Shown here piece after piece: positions 56,918 through 64,000 of a stretch of 64,000 bases of DNA. Within the stretch, counting starts at the first letter, position 1. Every line of letters begins with the position of its first letter. Position numbers and translations under genes: made by a program. Location of the stretch: the NCBI GenBank assembly GCA_009914755.4, contig CP086569.2, forward strand, positions 31,040,001 through 31,104,000, written 5' to 3'. The DNA is from the human T2T-CHM13v2.0 reference genome, Homo sapiens. The notes beneath the pieces are model-generated. The model had not been told where the DNA came from and did not search any database. It saw nothing but the letters and a program-made list of their open reading frames with translations.

Positions 56918-59003
56918 ATTTTTTAAATGAAAAAAAATTTCAAAGGTACTCTGCTTGGTACAATAATCAAATGTATAAACTGAGGAATAAAACATAACCA
57001 TGAAACCTACTTATAACTGCATATGGAAAATACAGAGGATAATTTTTTAAATAACATATTTTGAAAGCCTTAACTAGTAATTTGAAGAGTTGGCATTTGA
57101 AAGGCCAGTATGAATATACCTTCAAAGCAGCAACACAGGTTCCCCATGAGAAAAAGCAAACACAGGGAAAATAAAAACACAAAGGTTCAATCTCTTCTGA
57201 CCTTTGAAAGACACAGCACAGACAGTGGTCCTTAGGACGAAGAGCAGGAGACCCCTAATTCCGTCACCATGGCGATAGGGCATAAACATTGCTGGGTGAG
57301 GGCACAATCCACATTGTGAGGTCCAACTGCTGCCAGGAAGACAGGAGTGCTTTTACATAGACCGAAAGGTCATTGAAGGCTCAGAGTTTTGTTTCAAGAA
57401 CTGAATCCCAAGCCCACAGGTTATTAGGCTGCGCTTCTTAAAACAAGTTATGAGATGGGAAAAAGGGCACCCACAAACATACGTACACATTATGTATATA
57501 ATAATATACAGTGTCATATATATAATATATATAACCTATGTATAATATTGTTTTACATCCTGCATCTTATGTTATATATATTGTATAAAATATAATAATT
57601 GATAATATATGTTTTATAATTATACAATATGACATATAGTATATATTATAATTAATGACATATATAATATATGTTATATGTCATATATAGAATATATTAT
57701 ACGGTTAATATACGTGTTAAATATAAATTATACATTATATATATTATATATAATATATCTGTTATATATAATACCCATTATGCATAATATATATATTATG
57801 TCTATGTTATATATAGTATAAAACAACATATAATAATATATAATTGTATATATAAAATGCGACATATAATATATATTATATTTTATAACATATGTAATAT
57901 ATATTATATATAATACGTTGTATGTATAATACCTATATTAAATATATATTATATGACTATGTTATTAATTACATGTCACATGTGTTATATATTATATATT
58001 TTACATAGAATATACCGGTTACATACAATATATACTATGTTACCTATAATGTGTAATTTATTACATGTAAAATAAAGAATGCAATATATTATGTATAATT
58101 TATAATATACCATATGTGGAATGTGATATATATAACATATAATATATGATATATGATATACAGTATATGATATATAACATACAATATATGATTCCTAATA
58201 TATATGGTATACAATATATATTTTATGATATGTATTCTATATGTTTTATATTCTGTTATATATAACTATTTGAAATTATATATAACTGTATAATATTTTA
58301 TGTAAATATGTAATATAATATATATAACTATATAATATACTATATATAACTATATATTATGTTATATATACTTTTATAACATAATTTACATAAAATATCA
58401 TAATATTATATATTATATTATTTCATATTACATAATATACATTACATATCAACCAATATAAATAACATACATAATATTATAATATAGATTATATTGTGTT
58501 ATATTAACTATCATATATATCATGTATCATATATTCTATAATATATATTACACATTATATAATATGTATGTTGTCTATTATGTGATATATATAACTCTAT
58601 ATATAATTATATTTTTATACATATAACTAGATAAACATGTAATTCTACATATTTTCATTTATAATATGTAGAATTATATAATCATATATAATTATTTATA
58701 TTCTATAAAAAATTTTATCATTCTATCAATTATAATATATAAAAATTATAATATGTACTACAAATATATATATTATATATCATATATGATATAGTACCTT
58801 TGTTATATATCATAATACATATAAATGTGTATTATGTTATCTATAATTATATAATTTCATATATAAGATGTATAATATGTATCATATATTATATATGTTA
58901 TGTAATATATATAGTATATATAAGATGACACAGGATAAATATTATATACTATGACATATAAAATATATGAGGTTATATGTTACATATAAGGCATAGCACA
59001 TAA

Positions 59004-59326
<323 letters not shown>

Positions 59327-61443
59327 ATTTTTTAAATGAAAAAAAATTTCAAAGGTACTCTGCTTGGTACAATAATCAAATGTATAAACTGAGGAATAAA
59401 ACATAACCATGAAACCTACTTATAACTGCATATGGAAAATACAGAGGATAATTTTTTAAATAACATATTTTGAAAGCCTTAACTAGTAATTTGAAGAGTT
59501 GGCATTTGAAAGGCCAGTATGAATATACCTTCAAAGCAGCAACACAGGTTCCCCATGAGAAAAAGCAAACACAGGGAAAATAAAACCACAAAGGTTCAAT
59601 CTCTTCTGACCTTTGAAAGACACAGCACAGACAGTGGTCCTTAGGACGAAGAGCAGGAGACCCCTAATTCCGTCACCATGGCGATAGGGCATAAACATTG
59701 CTGGGTGAGGGCACAATCCACATTGTGAGGTCCAACTGCTGCCAGGAAGACAGGAGTGCTTTTACATAGACCGAAAGGTCATTGAAGGCTCAGAGTTTTG
59801 TTTCAAGAACTGAATCCCAAGCCCACACGTTATTAGGCTGCGCTTCTTCAAACAAGTTATGAGATGGGAAAAAGGGCACCCACAAACATACGTATACATT
59901 ATGTATATAATAATATAGAGTGTCATATATATAATATATATAACCTATGTATAATATTGTTTTACATCCTGCATCTTATGTTATATATATTGTATAAAAT
60001 ATAATAATTGATAATATATAAGTTTTATAATTATACAATATAACATATAGTATATATTATAATTTATGACATATATAATATATGTTATATATCATATATA
60101 GAATATATTATAGGGTTAATATACGTATTAAATATAAATTATACATTATATATATTATATATAATATATCTGTTATATATAATACCCATTATGCATAATA
60201 TATATATTATGTCTATGTTATATATAGTATAAAACAACATATAATAATATATAATTGTATATATAAAATGCGACATATAATATATATTATATTTTATAAC
60301 ATATGTAATATATATTATATATTATATATAATACGTTGTATGTATACCGATATTAAATATATATTATATGACTATGTTATTAATTACATGTCAGATGTGT
60401 TATATATTATATATTTTACATAGAATATACCGGTTACATACAATATATACTATGTTACCTATAATGTATAATTTATTACATGTAAAATAAAGAATGAAAT
60501 ATATTATGTATAATTTATAATATACAATATGTGGAATGTGATATATATAACATATAATATATGATATATGATATACAGTATATGATATATAACATACAAT
60601 ATATGATTCCTAATATATATGGTATACAATATATATTTTATGATATGTATTCTATATGTTTTATATTCTGTTATATATAACTATTTGAAATTATATATAA
60701 CTGTATAATATTTTATGTAAATATGTAATGTAATATATATAACTATATAATATATTATATATAACTATATATTATGTGATATATACTTTTATAACATAAT
60801 TTACATAAAATATCATAATATAATATATATTATATTATTTCATATTACATAATATATATTACATATCACCCAATATAACTAACATACATAATATTATAAT
60901 ATAGATTATATTGTGTTATATTAAATATCATATATATCATGTATCATATATTCTATAATATATATTACACATTATATAATATGTATGTTGTCTATTATGT
61001 GATATATATAACTCTATATATAATTATATTTTTATACATATAACTAGATTAACATGTAATTCTACATATTTTCATTTATAATATGTAGAATTATATAATC
61101 ATATATAATTATTTATATTCTATAAAAAATTTTATCATTCTATCAATTATAATATATAACAATTATAATATGTACTACAAATATATATATTATATATCAT
61201 ATATGATATAGTACCTTTGTTATATATCATAATACATATAAATGTGTATTATGTTATCTATAATTATATAATTTCATATATAAGATGTATAATATGTATC
61301 ATATATTATATATGTTATGTAATATATATAGTATATATAAGATGACACAGGATAAATATTATATACTATAACATATAAAATATATGAGGTTATATGTTAC
61401 ATATAAGGCATAGCACATAACATGTAATATATATCATATATAA

Positions 61444-61743
61444 TTTTTTTTTAGACAGAATCTTGTCCTGTTGCACAGGGTGGGGTACAATGGCGCCATC
61501 TTTGCTCACTGCAACTTCTGCCTCACGGGACCAAGCGATTGTCCTCCCTCAGCCTCCCAGGTAGCTGGGACTACACCACACTGGGACTACACCAGCTGCC
61601 ACCATGCCTAGCTAATTTTTTGGATTTTTAGTAGTGACAGCGTTTCACTGTATTGGCCAGGATGGTCTTGATCTCTTCACCTTGTGATCCCCTTGCCTTG
61701 GCCTCCAAATTTGCTGGGATTACAGGCCTGAGCCAAGATCCAT
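61444..61743 (-). mobile_element. Alu copy 26 (B, Z-like).
   Basis: Periodic copy. Confidence 0.95.
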
Positions 61744-63831
61744 ATTTTTTAAATGAAAAAAAATTTCAAAGGTACTCTGCTTGGTACAATAATCAAATGT
61801 ATAAACTGAGGAATAAAACATAACCATGAAACCTACTTATAACTGCATATGGAAAATACAGAGGATAATTTTTTAAATAACATATTTTGAAAGCCTTAAC
61901 TAGTAATTTGAAGAGTTGGCATTTGAAAGGCCAGTATGAATATACCTTCAAAGCAGCAACACAGGTTCCCCATGAGAAAAAGCAAACACAGGGAAAATAA
62001 AAACACAAAGGTTCAATCTCTTCTGACCTTTGAAAGACACAGCACAGACAGTGGTCCTTAGGACGAAGAGCAGGAGACCCCTAATTCCGTCACCATGGCG
62101 ATAGGGCATAAACATTGCTGGGTGAGGGCACAATCCACATTGTGAGGTCCAACTGCTGCCAGGAAGACAGGAGTGCTTTTACATAGACCGAAAGGTCATT
62201 GAAGGCTCAGAGTTTTGTTTCAAGAACTGAATCCCAAGCCCACACGTTATTAGGCTGCGCTTCTTCAAACAAGTTATGAGATGGGAAAAAGGGCACCCAC
62301 AAACATACGTATACATTATGTATATAATAATATACAGTGTCATATATATAATATATATAACCTATGTATAATATTGTTTTACATCCTGCATCTTATGTTA
62401 TATATATTGTATAAAATATAATAATTGATAATATATGTTTTATAATTATACAATATGACATATAGTATATATTATAATTAATGACATATATAATATATGT
62501 TATATGTCATATATAGAATATATTATACGGTTAATATACGTGTTAAATATAAATTATACATTATATATATTATATATAATATATCTGTTATATATAATAC
62601 CCATTATGCATAATATATATATTATGTCTATGTTATATATAGTATAAAACAACATATAATAATATATAATTGTATATATAAAATGCGACATATAATATAT
62701 ATTATATTTTATAACATATGTAATATATATTATATATAATACGTTGTATGTATAATACCTATATTAAATATATATTATATGACTATGTTATTAATTACAT
62801 GTCACATGTGTTATATATTATATATTTTACATAGAATATACCGGTTACATACAATATATACTATGTTACCTATAATGTATAATTTATTACATGTAAAATA
62901 AAGAATGCAATATATTATGTATAATTTATAATATACCATATGTGGAATGTGATATATATAACATATAATATATGATATATGATATACAGTATATGATATA
63001 TAACATACAATATATGATTCCTAATATATATGGTATACAATATATATTTTATGATATGTATTCTATATGTTTTATATTCTGTTATATATAACTATTTGAA
63101 ATTATATATAACTGTATAATATTTTATGTAAATATGTAATATAATATATATAACTATATAATATACTATATATAACTATATATTATGTTATATATACTTT
63201 TATAACATAATTTACATAAAATATCATAATATAATATATATTATATTATTTCATATTACATAATATATATTACATATCACCCAATATAACTAACATACAT
63301 AATATTATAATATAGATTATATTGTGTTATATTAAATATCATATATATCATGTATCATATATTCTATAATATATATTACACATTATATAATATGTATGTT
63401 GTCTATTATGTGATATATATAACTCTATATATAATTATATTTTTATACATATAACTAGATAAACATGTAATTCTACATATTTTCATTTATAATATGTAGA
63501 ATTATATAATCATATATAATTATTTATATTCTGTAAAAAATTTTATCATTCTATAAATTATAATATATAAAAATTATAATATGTACTACAAATATATATA
63601 TTATATATCATATATGATATAGTACCTTTGTTATATATCATAATACATATAAATGTGTATTATGTTATCTATAATTATATAATTTCATATATAAGATGTA
63701 TAATATGTATCATATATTATATATGTTATGTAATATATATAGTATATATAAGATGACACAGGATAAATATTATATACTATGACATATAAAATATATGAGG
63801 TTATATGTTACATATAAGGCATAGCACATAA

Positions 63832-64000
<169 letters not shown>

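Overview
This window contains no protein-coding genes, no RNA genes, no CRISPR array and no prokaryote-style defence or other novel 'system'. The whole 64 kb is a primate (most likely human) macrosatellite: about 26.4 head-to-tail copies of a roughly 2.42 kb unit with period 2409-2423 bp. Each unit has the same three-part layout. First comes a full-length, minus-orientation Alu of about 300 bp with a 9-T run on the + strand. Next is a moderate-GC non-repetitive segment of about 570 bp. Last is a TA-rich low-complexity segment of about 1.55 kb (around 85-90% A+T). One Alu per AT-rich 2.4 kb unit matches, from memory of the literature, human satellite I / HSat1B, the DYZ2 family of Yq12 (also present on acrocentric short arms). 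An in-silico HaeIII digest of the unit gives a major fragment of about 2.15 kb, consistent with the classical male-specific ~2.1 kb HaeIII band. That identification rests on established knowledge, not on a database search. The array is not uniform. There are two unit subfamilies, A at 1-~15.9 kb and B at ~15.9-64 kb, joined inside a single hybrid unit. Within A, two variants of the AT-rich segment form a mosaic. Within B there is a run of dimeric (two-unit) alternation. A ~7.3 kb three-unit segment recurs 16,932 bp (7 units) downstream with its rare variants intact. A recurrent 7-bp indel explains the 2413 versus 2420 bp unit lengths. Every ORF in the supplied track is a repeat-copied or low-complexity artefact.
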